Assembly: GCF_000150275.1 (NCBI RefSeq) | Contig: NW_002060943.1 | Span: 6,750,299-6,814,298, forward strand | DNA from: Trichoplax adhaerens | Lineage: Eukaryota; Animalia; Placozoa | Reading direction: 5' to 3' | Length of the DNA: 64,000 bases | In this document: positions 1-13,745 of the stretch, one piece after another | Layout of the letters: each line of letters begins with the position of its first letter | Numbering within the stretch: the stretch's first letter is position 1 | Translations under genes and position numbers: made by a program | Notes under the pieces: generated by a model | Told to the model about the DNA's origin: nothing | What the model saw: only the letters and a program-made list of their open reading frames with translations | Databases searched by the model: none

Positions 1-165
1 TATTTGTACTGAATATTGTGTCAAATTATTGGTCGACTAAGATGAATGCTTGCCTATGCATTCAATCACCAATGTGACCATTCCTTCCATACTTGCACAT
101 GCAATCTTAGCCGTGTCAAAAAATTCCTTTCATCCATTCTCTAGTAATCAAGAATGCAAACCAAC

Positions 166-3100
166 ATGGATCCCAACAGCATTGTGGAATTGTTATCCAA
201 ATCACTCGACCCACAAGCGCATGAGGTTGTGGAGCGTGAACTTCGTACGGTGAGTTGCTTGTCAATCAAAGAGATCGTGGGCAAAATGGCGTCAATAGCC
301 TACAGGATAAATCAACTTCTCCAAAATGGAGAATTCCTACTAGCAACATCGCTCACTTTTCATCAATCTTGTTGATGACAGTTGAGTTGAGAAATGTTGA
401 AATGAGTAGATCCTGCTTGACATGGAGACATTAGATGCAATGTAGTCACTAAATGTAGAATAATCGACTGCATATCCATTAGCTACAACCAGTAGCCCAA
501 CACTCGTGACAGTGCCTTGATTCAAACATCGATCCATCGACCTTGATGTTCTTCAAGGGTGTATCATCATCGATAGGATGTTAAGGTCTAATAAAATATC
601 TTTCATTAGTAGCCAATCAAACTCTATCGTGAATGGAAAATTTCATCAAGAGCATTTCAATATTACTGTATAAAGTATCATTCAAACTAAATTTAGGCGG
701 TATATCCAGTATGGTAGAGGGACTGGTCCGTGAATCCAAATGGATTCTTTGCTGGCGCTAACACTGCATTTTTTTGCCTTCATTCCATACTAGAGTAGTC
801 TTGAATGGAAACTAAAATTTGTGCTATAGTTATATCACATCATGGCTATCTTGCATGTGCGTCCTGTAGATACTGGCTCAAGTTGCTATCCAAAGACTAG
901 TATCCGTCATCACGTCATTAGAATGGAGCTATCGCATCGGCCGCAATCAACAAATGGTACTCGGTAAATAGCAAGCGACTGTGCTTAGCAGTAATTCTCC
1001 TCTCCATCATACAATGGTAGAGGGCATACTCTTACAATTCTTGACCATCAAAGATGAATTCGTGATAGATAATTAATTAACGGTAGATTGTCCATGAAGA
1101 GAAAGAAATGTTTAACATTGGTTTCACATTTTTCGTTCCTATCTGCCAAGAACAACAACATTCAGAAATCCCAATATGGCCCAAGACTACAACTCGGAGG
1201 TGTTAGTGATGTACACGCTTTTACTGACAGTACATTGTGTAATTGTTCCGCATTGGACTGTACTTTCAATTCTAGTAATGTTAAAAGATAGATTGTTATT
1301 ATAGAGACACTATTATTTTAGAGGAGGACTATTTTTCATCCTATATTTGTTAAAGCGAGATTGAGCATTGTGAAACAGTGATACATCAGCTCAAAACTGT
1401 ATCGTCAATTGAATCCGTATTAAAATAACGAAGTAGAATTGGCTTGTGATTATCAAATTGCCACTGCTGAAAAAAAGAATGGCAGTACTGAATGATCTAC
1501 TGTGCTCAGGCTTTACGTCTAGTATATTCTTATGTTAATCACAATATCTTGGTATTTGAACCATATTGAAGAAAATCAACCTGAGATTCCATGATCGATT
1601 TTAGGACTACTAAATTGGCCCTATTTTTCGACCAGTCCCTTCTAAAATAGGCACAGTAGTTAGTTCTAGGATCGATGATATTATCACTTCGGACACCAGT
1701 CACTTGTTGATAGAACTATATACTATATAGTTTGTACAGTACCATGGACTGCGCTATTGAATACTCATTTATTTATTTTTAAAGTAATACCCTCCTTCCG
1801 CAAAACGTTACGATTGGATACAAGATTTTTAGGTATACTGGTAATATTAACAGGGGATTGAAGAGATAAACTGTCTATCAATAGGCAAGATATTCTTCAA
1901 CTTTGTTGTGTTTACAGCGGTGGGGGTAATGGATGATATCGATATCGGATAGCCATACGACAGGAAAGATAATTTTGTAATACTTTTACTAATGGAGGGA
2001 ATGAGTGAATGCCATTGGATAAATGCGTATTTGGAGGAAATGGCAACATTTTAATGCTCTGATCTACAACAATTATATTAATGTTAGTTAAAAGTATTTC
2101 ACCGACATGGAAAGGTTAAATTTATAGTTGGGAGTTATTATTTCCTGCATTAGGTGTATTGTATTAATATTGGTCAGTCCGATACTGAAAATAAATCTAT
2201 CAATATTTGAAATTTACTATGTAGTTACTATATATAATTGGATCATATTTTCCCATTCATACTGTAATTAAGTATAATGATGCTGCGCGATTTTGGTGTT
2301 TTGTCTTAACAGAACTTAAACCGACTGTGTGTATTGCTTATCCCATTCAATTATAAACATGCTATTCAGCTACCAATAGCCAATTGATAGTCCGTTTATA
2401 TTCGTTTCGTCGTATGCTGTGTATGCAAGCAATTAAACTGAATATTGAGTATACAACAATAGTTAATAAGATGTCGCACCTAATTTGTTATTATAGTTAG
2501 AACAGAGTCCTGGCTACCCGATATGTTTAATTCAGATCACTTGCCATCCGGAGATTCAGATGCCGATCAAGCAAGCAGGTATTATGCAATGTTATCATTA
2601 CAATAGACGCGCTATAGATGTAAAAAGCATAGACTACTAGAAATTACTTCTAGTAATTTTTGAACTTGTAAATAACTTTCAATGGCTAAGCAATTCAAAA
2701 TTTGATTGGCGTGATTTAAATTACTACTAAAGGAATACTTACAAAATTGTATCCCTACTATCACAGCAATTATTTATCTAAAAAATATGGTAATGCGTTC
2801 ATGGGAATTACGCAAAGACCTCGAAGATAAATTTGTTATAAACGATCAGGATAAAGAAAGTATTCGTAATAACATTGTAGAAGTTATCATCTCGGCACCT
2901 GATCTGCTTAGGTTAGATTTGAAATGTCTTTATTTTTGATATATTTTGATTGTATATAGATAGTCATTATTATCCTAGCGATAGAATTTAATATTCTAGG
3001 ATCTGCACATGCTAGTTGATCTTTTAACTTTAATACGAATTTGTGGACTATAATTCATAGTTCTAATGTTATCGTTGTCTGATACATGTGTATGTTAAAA

Positions 3101-6100
3101 AGTGTGTTGTTTATCTTTTGCAGAGTTCAATTGAATGAAATTTTGTTTACTATATTTAAATGGGACTATCCTGAACGATGGCCTGGTATTGCTGAGAAGC
3201 TAGTAGCTTACTTTTCATCTAATGAACAAAACATGTGGTTAGGATGCTTACACTGTGTGCACCAGTTGGTTAAAAAGTATGCATACAAGAAACCTGAAGA
3301 ACGTGGAGCTTTAAATATTGCTCTTGTTCGCTTATTACCTTTAATGCGGGATCGATGCTTGCTCCTGATGAACGACGAATCGTTACCTTCTGTTACTCTA
3401 CAAACCATGGTATTGAAAATATTCTATAGGATTATCGAGGTACGTTATCGATTTTGTTCTATTCTACGAACGCTGCTTAATTTTTTAACATTTCGAACTC
3501 TATATCCAATCTTTTTCTCTATTTTGTAGACTTGGTTACCATTACAATTAATTACGGAAAGAAATTTTCCTGCTTGGATGGAAGTTTTTCAGATCGTGCT
3601 AAATCGTGATGTTCCTCAAGTAAGATGCGCAATACGCTCAACTTTATGTCTAGCTATAACTATTGTCCCTTACATAATAAGTAAATATTCAAATGCAGGA
3701 TAAACTATAATGGTTGATTTATTTATAATTATAAATATAAGGCGACTTTAGAGCTTGATGAATATGATAGAGCTAATTCTATCTGGTGGAAGTGTAAAAA
3801 GTGGTGCATGAAAATTGTAGTTCGCATATATGAAAGGTAATTGAAGTTTGTATGTATTATTCTATATTGCCGATTTTTATTAGGGCTTTTAATTTATCAT
3901 AGGTATGGACAAGCAAGTTTAGTTCAAGATGACGAATATTCGGAATTTGCTAAATTTTACTCAAATAATTTCGCAGGTGATCTAATAACGCTTACTGACT
4001 GATTGATACATTGAATTTGATTAGAGTAAATATATATGTATTTTTGTATTACTAACTTGATCGATAATTTACTGTCTTCAGTACCTGTTGTTAAGATCGT
4101 ATTGATTTGGTTGGATAAGTGTAGACACAATGCATACGTCTCGAAGCCTGTTCTGCAACAGTTGTTGATGTACTTAAATTACAGGTACTATCAGTAGCCA
4201 AAAATTTCCTTTTTATCATGTTGTAATTAATACTTGTGGATTATTACTCTTCTTGAATAGCGTATCACATGCAAAGGCCTGGAAAGTTGTAAAACCTCAT
4301 TTCCAGGTATTGTTTCGATATTGGTTATAGTTTTGTCATCAAATTCAACTATAATTATGCTTCAGTGATTTAACGAAGTTTAAATCATCTTAGGATATCA
4401 TAAGGGATATAGCACTTCCCATCTTAAGCCACAGTGCGGACGATGACGGATTATGGGTAGAAGATCCTCAAGAATACATCCGGAGTAAATACGGTAATTG
4501 AGTGTCCTATGAGAATAAGCTATCCTGTTATTAACAATTACTTCAAAATTACTGAATGAGGCCATAGAAATAACCGATATCTTATGTTATTATGTCTTAA
4601 TATAGATGTTTTTGAGGACAATTTCTCTATCGCAAATACGGTAGCATCCATGCTAACAGCGGCATGCGGGAAACGTGGAGGTATACTAGATAGCCTAATG
4701 GCTTTCTGCTATAATATTTTGGTAACACCTGCGGACCAGCGCGATCCTAAAAAAACAGATGGTGCTCTACATATGATCGGTTGTCTTGCGGATATTTTAT
4801 TGAAGGTACTTGAAAACAGTGTTACACTGTTTATGTTTGCTTATCGTTTCGTAATCCTAAGATTTTTAAATTTTGACTTTTTATATTAGAAACCTAATTA
4901 TAAAGCACAACTGGAAGATATGATTGTTCTACACGTTCTTCCGGAAATTCAAAGTGGATTCGGTTATCTAAGAGCTCGGGTACTACATTACTGATATTAA
5001 GCTGTATATGTAAGCTAGTACTCACTTGGAGTATTTTCAATCTACTATATCATTAGGCGTGTTGGCTCTTGAAAGAAGTCAGTGAATTAAAATTTCGAAA
5101 CAGGAATAATCTTTCTTGTGAAATAGAATTAATACTAAAATGTATTACCGCCGACCCTGACTTACCTGTTAAAGTTGAAGCCGCTGTAACACTACAGCAT
5201 TTAATACGATTTCAAGGAAATGCAAGTAAGGCGTCTAGTCTAGGCTATGTTGCAGTATTGGTATATATTTTCTCTTAAAAATAGTAACCACTAAGTTTTA
5301 ATTCTTATCGCTTATAACTGGATTATTTTCTGTTTCAGTATCACCATTTTTGGAACCACATATTAAGCTTATAATTATCGGTAAGTTCCAGTAAGGCGTC
5401 AAATTCTTGATGTAATTGTAGATTAATTCTCTTTGATTTATTTAATGCCTTCTTTTACCACTAGAACTTGTAAAAATTTTACGAGAGACAGAAATAGAAG
5501 AACTGTCTGGTGTCATCGAAAGTGTTATCAGTACTTTTAGTTCCCATGTTATTGTCGTGGCTGTGGAAATTACCGAAAGTTTGGTTTGTATTTATAGTTT
5601 TCTATGAGGATTTGTTACGAGGCTTATTAACGTTGCAGTTGCTGTATCAAGTAGAAGTTTAATGTTGTAACTGACTTTACTTAAATACGACTTTCATCTA
5701 TAATAATATATAAGTGAGTTGTTACCGATAGATCTGCAATATAGTATACGCGATCAATTCGTTTCATAAAACATTTCGCAGATTTTATTTTCTTTTTGCT
5801 TCAATCCGTGATGATTTTCTGTCGATAATAAATATACAACCGATGTAAAATCGTTCTTCACTGAATTACCATTCAAGTTTTTTACTGGTATTTAAAATGG
5901 TAACTACTTCATGTCACAACAGGTTGGCACACTGATGCACCTTGTTGAATCGGAAGATATAGAAAATAGCAGCAGAGCCCTTATGGCAATGAGTGTTATC
6001 ACTACCATAGAAACAATTGCAGAAGTTATGGAAGAACACGTTGAAGTGAGTGTTGCTTAGTGTTCGATCAGTACAGCTTTTTATAGTAGATACTGATAGT

Positions 6101-8328
6101 ATAAAGGTAGATACATTGTAAAGCTTTCTGTCACTAATGTGTCTCGAATTTGAACTCAATTTTATTTAAAGATTATGAGTCAGATTGAAAAGATCATTAT
6201 GAGAGTGGTTGTTTATTTTTTGGAAAACTCTTTATTTGGTAAATGCTACAGAATTGAATGCCATTTTTTGCGAGTATATTTTAATGTCTTTAGCAGCCTG
6301 AATTTTAATTCACTATTCTTATGCATTTATATTAGAATTATATGAGGAAGTTCTTTCCTTGGTATTTTCATGTACTCATAAAAGAATTTCACCAGACATG
6401 TGGAATGTATACTTCGTAATTTACGAAGCTTTTAAACGAGACGCTTTCGATTATTTTACAGGTACGTAATCTACGTGCTGACTTTAGTACTTTACTGTAA
6501 CAAATAATGTTATATTCCGTGTTGGCTTAGATAATACTTTGTATACCACACAGATATTGTTCCGTGTCTCCATAATTTCATCACAGTTGATACTGAAGCC
6601 TTTTTATCTGAACAAAGACGTTTGGAAGTACTATTTGATATATGTAAAACGGTTCGTTTACTTGTAGCATAACATGATAATACGTAAACAATAGCACAAT
6701 CTAAGATTACTTTTATTATCATTACTCTAATTTGATTGACCATACAACAGGTCTTAGAGATAGATCAATCATATGAGGAGATGTACACCTACGCTGCCAA
6801 ACTTTTGGAGTTGACTATTTTGCAATGTCCTGGTCGCATCGATAATTACTTCCCACATTTTATACAAATTTGTTTAGAAAGGCTTAATAAACAGTTAAAA
6901 CTAACCGAGAGTAGGACCATGTGCTTGCAAGTGGTAAGTAATCATATTGAATTGTATTCTAATCAAATTTATGCTTATTCGTTTAACCACAAAAATTTTG
7001 TAGGTCGTCGCTTGCTTGTATAGGAATGTAGATTTAACGTTACACATCCTGGAGACACTTAAATTGTCGTCAGCGAATCCACCACTAACTCAGGGATTCA
7101 TGAAGCAGTGGATTTATGATATGGACTCTTTCTTAGGGTTACTTTTTTATTATTAACAGTCAATTCTATCTATGTAAAATGAGTTAGATTTTATTTATTT
7201 CGTTTTCATAACAGTTTACATGACCGAAAAGTATGTGTTTTGGGTCTAACAACAATCTTGAGTTTACCAAAAGAAAAACGACCGGCTGCGATAACATTCT
7301 TTAACTCGCAGTACATGCGATCTTTAATAATGCTTTTCCAAGGACTTGAAAGAGCGTATGCAAGTACGGATTTTTTACGTTATATTCTAAAATATTATTT
7401 TAAGTTTAACGGTAACAATGTCTAGAAAGTAACCGAAGTAAAACCCTTGAATCACTACTAATTGTGATACAATGACTAGGTCGTGCAGCTGATGATAGCG
7501 ATAGCGAAGAAGAGAGCGTAGAGGACAGCGATCAGGGTATACTCGTATAGCGATAAACTTTATTTAAGACAGAGCGGTAGCAATTGGCTAATTAGTAATT
7601 TTAGTTAACGTTTTACCGTAATTTATATAGTTCTCCTTCATTCGTTTCTTGCTCTAGAGGAGTTAGCGAGCGATGAAGACGAATATGACGAAAAAACGAT
7701 ATCTAACTTAGCCAAAAAGGTAAATATGTTTCAATACTGTTACCACGTAGAATATGGTAAATAATAATTATATTGACTTGTGGGTTCATGCACGACACAT
7801 TATGGTAGGGTGCTGCTGCCTTGGGTAGTTATGATGATATTAATGAAGCAACAGAAGAAACACAGTTAGAAGCGTATACGACCATAATTGATGATGAAGA
7901 CAGTGTCGATGAATATTGGGCATTTAAGGACTTATTAGCCAGTACGTTGTTGTAAATTGTTGATGTATGGTTAGATTATGATAAATAAGCTATAATATTG
8001 CTTTATAGATATTTCCACGGTGGAACCGGAATGGTACGAATCACTGATGCGTCCTTTGGATCCAACTCAACAAAAGTATTTTGAAAGTATCCTAGTTTTG
8101 GCTGAGCAGAGAAGAGCCGCCCAAGGTACACAAGTATATTCTGTATCATACATATATCGTATATGCAGTGGCTTACAACGTTTACATAGTGATTCTATTG
8201 TGTATGATATTGTAGCGCTTTTATTGATTTACTGGATGCTTTACTCTGTAGTTTCGAGGCGTATAAAAGAACAAGGTGGCTATAGCTTTGGGGCTCCATC
8301 GATTCCTACGGAATTCAGATTTGGTTAA
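166..8328 (+). CDS. IPO7: Importin-7 (importin-beta family), multi-exon; exon 1 166-249, exon 2 2497-2578, last exon 8252-8328
   Basis: Spliced exons read MDPNSIVELLSKSLDP.., IIYLKNMV, DYPERWPGIAEKL, YAYKKPEERG, WWKCKKW, EDPQEYIRSKY|DVFEDNFS, DPKKTDGALHMIG, GYLRAR|ACW, LPVKVEAAVTLQ, LHDRKVCVLGL, an acidic stretch and AEQRRAA..GGYSF..FRFG*. These are colinear with the importin-7/8 sequence as I recall it. Introns are GT-AG; intron 1 is ~2.25 kb. Confidence 0.95.
5803..5868 (+). ncRNA. Candidate intronic box C/D snoRNA in an IPO7 intron
   Basis: Box C GTGATGA at 5808-5814 and box D CTGA at 5861-5864, ending 58 nt before the 3' splice site (5922) of an unusually long (~340 nt) intron. CGTTCTTCA just 5' of box D is complementary to the conserved 5.8S rRNA motif UGAAGAACG. 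The terminal stem is weak. Confidence 0.3.
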
Positions 8329-10810
8329 CTTTTCCCTTTTAAGTTTTCATCCGGCATGTGTACTAAACTGATTAAAGTGATAGTCAGATGTTTGTAGTGT
8401 ACATTTGAAAAATTATAATTAAATTGATATGTCTTCGGTTGTTATGATTCTCTACTAATATCGCTGTGTTTTATATCATGTAACGTATTTAACGTACTAA
8501 TATGAATATGAGTTCAAAGATATGAACTCCCTGTTAACTTTATTCATTTCTAATGTAATGGATATATGCAGCATTCACTGATCTATGCACGCCATTAGGA
8601 AAGAAATTTAAACGTATGTTAAGAATGTATAAGATTATAATAGCGGTTTTGGTAGTGTATATTTACCTTATGACTTCAAAATTTGAAGAGTATCACAGCT
8701 TTTATTCTTTACGTAAAGTAGAAATTGAAAGTAGCCAATGCTACTTTCACATAGAATTTACGGAATTGGCTACGGTCGTTATGTAGTACAGTATCTATAA
8801 ATGGGCTTGGAAGATAATTCTTGAACTTGTTACAAAATTAAAAATTCAATTGGTCTACTTTACAAAATGTAGAAGGCAATAATTGGAGAATTCTCATTTT
8901 ACGTGAAATAATTATTTTCACTAAAATTAACCTTTGTTACTATGTAATATTTTGTAATAGATGCAGGCAATTTTATGCTCTAAATGTGTTGGTAGTGACT
9001 AGAAAAGAATAGATTAAAATCCGCATTGAATAAAGTTGATACACTATAAGATAATCTAGTAGATTATATCTAAAGTTATTTACTTCTGTTATTGCAGGCA
9101 GCACTTTCTTATCTATTCATCCACCACTTAGAAAATGCCCTTGTTACCAATAAGCAGACTTTTTAGCAAAACGAAATATCTATGATTATGTTAATTATTT
9201 CTTTCTTAGCGAGTTCGATCTGTAGCAATCTCGAATAAATAGAATGTCGTATAGTATCGTGAGACACTAATGTCGATGTTCCACAATATTAGCAAGCATT
9301 TGTTCGTGCAATAACGAATGATAGTGATTTAGATTAGAAAGATGTTTTAGTATTTTATTTCTCAGGGTTAAAAATCATATATCCTTAACGACGCACCTTC
9401 TAGTCACTTTATATAGAAGACTAAAACGTGATATTGCCTTCATGTAGTTGTATATCAGGAATGCTTGGCTGCTTCTCTTAGGAGGTTGATGTATTTGACG
9501 GGCACTCTTGGATTTTCTCTCAACTTTAAGACGAAAATGACACCTACACATTTACCTTGTACTACGATATCGATGTGGGTACTAGCTATCATTTATCAAA
9601 TTTAGATAGGTATATTTGTTGACTCGAAAAGTAATTAATATCCACTTAATATCAACCATTCAAATTAATACTGTACAATTATTACACTGAAAGATATTGC
9701 ATAGCGGGGCGTCAAGGCAGTTAGAGAAGCGTTTATAGCATATAGCAGTCATCACATCATACATGCAGTTCTTAAGCTACCTTTTATCATGCGTACAATG
9801 TATCATGCGATATACTGAACATTTTAAATTAGACTATACGGAAATTGTGACCGTGATAAAAATTGCAATTTGAAAATAATGAGAATTTTTTCCAAATTTG
9901 CTACATAGGATAAAGAATGAAACGATTGTTTATACGTACAAGGTCTAAGAACTAATATTCATTCTAATTAACTCAATAAAAAGCTGGCATTTATTACAAA
10001 TACCAGTAACGAAGTATTCTCTAGCTGTGATATAAACTTTACTAAATGGCATCTTAATGTGTTATTGCATATTGTATCACTCTACAGTTAGCACAATTCA
10101 TTTCTTGGACATAGCAAAGTAAAAGCGAAATTAATACGTTTTGATAATGCTCATCGAGAATCGTAAGGATAGAGTTTATTTATGTTGATAGTCTGTTAAA
10201 TCAATGCTATAGTCATTAACACACAGATTTGAATTACGTAACATCTGTTATATGACAATTTGTGCTACTCTTAACTAAGAAGTAGTGCAGGGCACGATAT
10301 GAATAAGTTATTTATATTTCAAACTATGTAAATTGTAAAGAATCACATTATACCTCGGCTAATTCAAGGAATTAGATAACGTTAATATTAAGTACAGAGT
10401 GAACTACCAATCTCAGACATTGAGCAATATTCATAGATACAGCTTATGGGAAGTATGACACATATCACAATCATAAACTGAACACGCGTATCCAGAGTAG
10501 TTTTACGACGATAGTTGTGCAACATTATCCATCTGTAATTATATAGGAACGGGAATTGTTAGCATCTAATAAAAATATAAGATTATGTGATCAATGAAGT
10601 GTTTATACAAGTAGAGTAGCTCAGAAAATGTACAGTACAGAGGCTTCTACTGTTGCCATGATTATACAACACGCTTTATACCCATGTTTTCAAAATTGGA
10701 GTTTAACTGGCGATCACATTTACTTGCCATAAGCAGCCAATGTTAATTTCTGCATGGTAACATGCTTTTACAAAGGCTCAGTTATTAGTAACGCAACACA
10801 AAAATTAGGA

Positions 10811-11060
10811 TATTGGAATATCAATACGTTTACAGGTCGACGCTCTCATCGACGAAAGACCATCTGTATATTAGTACCACTGTAATAATACGCGTCTCAT
10901 GAACAGTAAAACTTAGCATAAACAGTGGTAAGTTATATTAGAATATCAATACATATACGGGTCAACGTCTCATGGACAAAAAGTCATCTGCCATGTAGTA
11001 CCATGGAAATAATATGCGTTTCAATAACAGCGAAACTTGGAGTTCAATATAGGCGGTAGT
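10811..11060. repeat. Degenerate tandem duplication, ~125-bp period, two copies
   Basis: TATTGGAATATCAATAC..GGTCGACG..CATCTG..TAGTACCA..AATAATACGCGT..AACAG..AAACTT at 10811 recurs with substitutions from 10936. Confidence 0.8.
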
Positions 11061-11198
11061 AAGTAATTATACCTTCAAAACTTAAAGAGCGATAAAAAAG
11101 TAAATTTCGACAGTAGACCTTTACTTTCAGCCAGCTACAACGTCACAGTTGCAATTACAAAACAACTGCTACATAGAGATAAAATGCTTTTAAGGCTA

Positions 11199-13616
11199 TT
11201 AAGAAGAAGGATTTTTCTTTTTCCTTAAAGCTCGAATTAGGCGCATCAAACCTTTTTTATCTTGAGGCCACCTAAAATATTTAAACATTCTACATATCTT
11301 GGGTATATATTCAGGCAAACCGTTGTCCATTAACATAAAAATAAATTTCTTATTACGCATACCATGAGCGTAAATATCATTCGTCATAATAGTGTCGGCT
11401 AGTCGTAAAGCCCTAATGTGGGTTAGATTGTACTCAAACGGTGAAGACTCGGGAGCATCTGCCATGGGGACTTCCTCACCATCAAAGTCTCTATCACTCA
11501 AATAATTTTTATCAAAAACGAAGAATACCAAGTCCGCTTCTTCCATCTTGGATGCAATGAAAGCACAACAGTTTTCGGTATGAAATTCATCGGCCTTGTA
11601 AGGATCCATACAGCTCATACCGAATTCTTGACAAAGAGTCTTTGCAAGACTAGCTACATTTTCTTGATGTGTTTCACTGCGGTGGGAATAAATCATTAAC
11701 GACCGCGTTCCAGGTGGACGTCGAACTGATGGTAACATAGGGACTGTCGATAGTAAAATAATAATTTATAAGTTTACTGTGTTATCATCGCCATTACATT
11801 AATATTAGCACTACTACTACGCAATTTTTTTCAGATTTCATTGAAGAAAACAAATTCTAACTCTATTTTTTAAGGTGAATTTCAGCGTATAGTAGTTTAT
11901 ACTTTGCCGGGTGTTTAGTATGCATATCAGAAACAGAATCAGCATTTTGTAGCAATAAATTGGTAGTATTACACTGTCAATTAGTGCGGTACATTGATGA
12001 TACACAATTATTCATTATTCTAAGAATCCAATTTTACCTTGGACTGTTGGATACTGTACATTTTCCGTCTCGGACTGTTCGTAAAGAGGTTGTAATGGAA
12101 GGTGGCCATGGTAATGATGATTGCTAATATCTCGACTGGTGATAGGATTGCGTGCTGGTGCAGGTAAAGCGTACTCGCCGTTATGATCATTTCTAAGTTC
12201 TGTTCTGATATAAGAATGTCTGATATTTCCTTGATCAATGTAGAGTCCGTCTAGAGTTCGATCAAAAAGTAAAGCAATTATTATTACCTTCGCATCAACA
12301 GCCAGTCAGTATTAATATGCCAAGAGACATTCAACTTAACGCCTATTTGCTAATTTGGATTTATACTGCAATTCAGGTAAGAGATTTGAAATAATTTTAG
12401 TTTTAAATACACAAGTACAATCTCAAGGACTATTGGAATAGTGGCTGCATTATTGCTGTACTGGTGCGTTCAAGCCGTTTTACATTTATCCCCCCCCCCC
12501 TCCCCGATATCACAAAAAGAACAAAACACCGCCCTGTCCATACTGTACACTGTACAGTATAGTCGTATACAGGTACTGATGTATCTTTTGGCTAATACTA
12601 CGCGTATACTGTAGGTAGAAGCGTTATAACAAAATAACTAACATTCGTACTATCCTACAATGCGCATTAAATCACTACTTTAAAGTACTTTGAACTGTTA
12701 TTGAATACTTTGTGAACTTTATGATTAGGAACATTGTCATAACTGCTGTGGATCACTAACAGGGAATCTTATATAGACCACGGTGTGTTATCATCTTACT
12801 TCTCTCTATTCTATGTAGCGCTAATAAAATATTTAATAAAAGTTGAAAAATCCGATTCATTCAACTGGAGCAGATATCCAGTAGTTCATGGCTGATTTCT
12901 ACGCGTGTACAAGTATACACATCGCATCCAATGAATTGAAGATTCAATCACTTGCCCGTAACAGAAGCTATCGGCGCATCCATCCATTCATGATACTGTA
13001 ATCGTTCAATGACATGTTTCCAATGCCTTGGTGATTGTCAAGTAAATGACCAACCGTAGCATGATACTGGCCAAAAGCATACAGTATTGGTTATGAATAG
13101 TTACTACAGTAGTTTATTGAATCATCAACAATATCATACAATTAAAAGTGGTTGGGTGTGAGTTTGTTGATACGTTTCTACATTTCTCGATATTGAAGAA
13201 TAAAGGTAAAACGTCGCCATTCGACTACTATAAGATCGACACTAGCGTTACATACCCCTTAAACCATCTCTAACGATCAAGGCTAATTCTTGACGACCCA
13301 TTCTTTCCAATACAGAAATGAATTCTTGTACAGTAAAATCGGGAAAACGTGCGAAATGTTCATTGAGCATTTTCAAGGTTATCGATGGATGGCAGTTTGA
13401 CAATCCATGTATATCGCTCTCACTAAATTTCAGTATGGAAGCCAGGATTTTCCAATTCTTGGTTAGGCTTGATCCATTATCGATATCCAGTTGTTTAGCA
13501 ACCTCTTTCAAGATATCGAAAAATAAGTATCGCAAAGGAATTTTGGACGAATCGTAATTAGCGTGCGCAGGTTCGTTGGGTATCAAGTGCGACATGACGA
13601 GACTTGGGTTGGTCAT
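11199..13616 (-). CDS. DEATH-linker-SEFIR cytoplasmic adaptor A (Act1/CIKS-like SEFIR, MyD88-like architecture), ~372 aa; exons 13616-13256, 12250-12038, 11743-11199
   Basis: Exon 1 is a death domain (IPLRYL..KEVAKQLD..KNWKILASILKF..TLKMLNE..FTVQEFISVLERMGRQELA). Exon 2 is an open 213-nt linker flanked by phase-1 GT/AG sites. Exon 3 is a SEFIR domain (LMIYSHRSETHQENVASLAKTL..MDPY..MEEADLVFFVFDKNY..MRNKKFIFMLMD..EYIPK..KYFRWPQDKKGLMRLI), resembling the Act1 C-terminus. All junctions keep frame. Confidence 0.85.
12490..12505. repeat. C11-T-C4 homopolymer tract in intron 1 of DEATH-SEFIR A
   Basis: Read directly from the sequence. Confidence 0.9.
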
Positions 13617-13721
13617 CGTTGAATTTTTCAACCACGTCCAAACAACTACAGTGAAGACGCTTGTGAATTGGCTGCAATACAAAATTGAAACAGAAATGGA
13701 AGTTGCCTTCTAGCTACAGTT

Positions 13722-13745
13722 GTAGTAGTAGTAGTAGTAGTAGTA
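13722..13745. repeat. (GTA)8 microsatellite
   Basis: Read directly from the sequence. Confidence 0.95.

Noticed and set aside
11199-11743. Calling adaptor A a true MyD88 (TIR domain)
   Set aside because: Motifs such as IYSHRSETH, RNKKFIFMLM and YIP..YFRWP fit SEFIR better than TIR boxes, so no gene symbol is assigned.
12020-12238. ORF-track 72-aa protein MIKEISD..
   Set aside because: Wrong frame; the splice phases select the overlapping frame as the linker exon.
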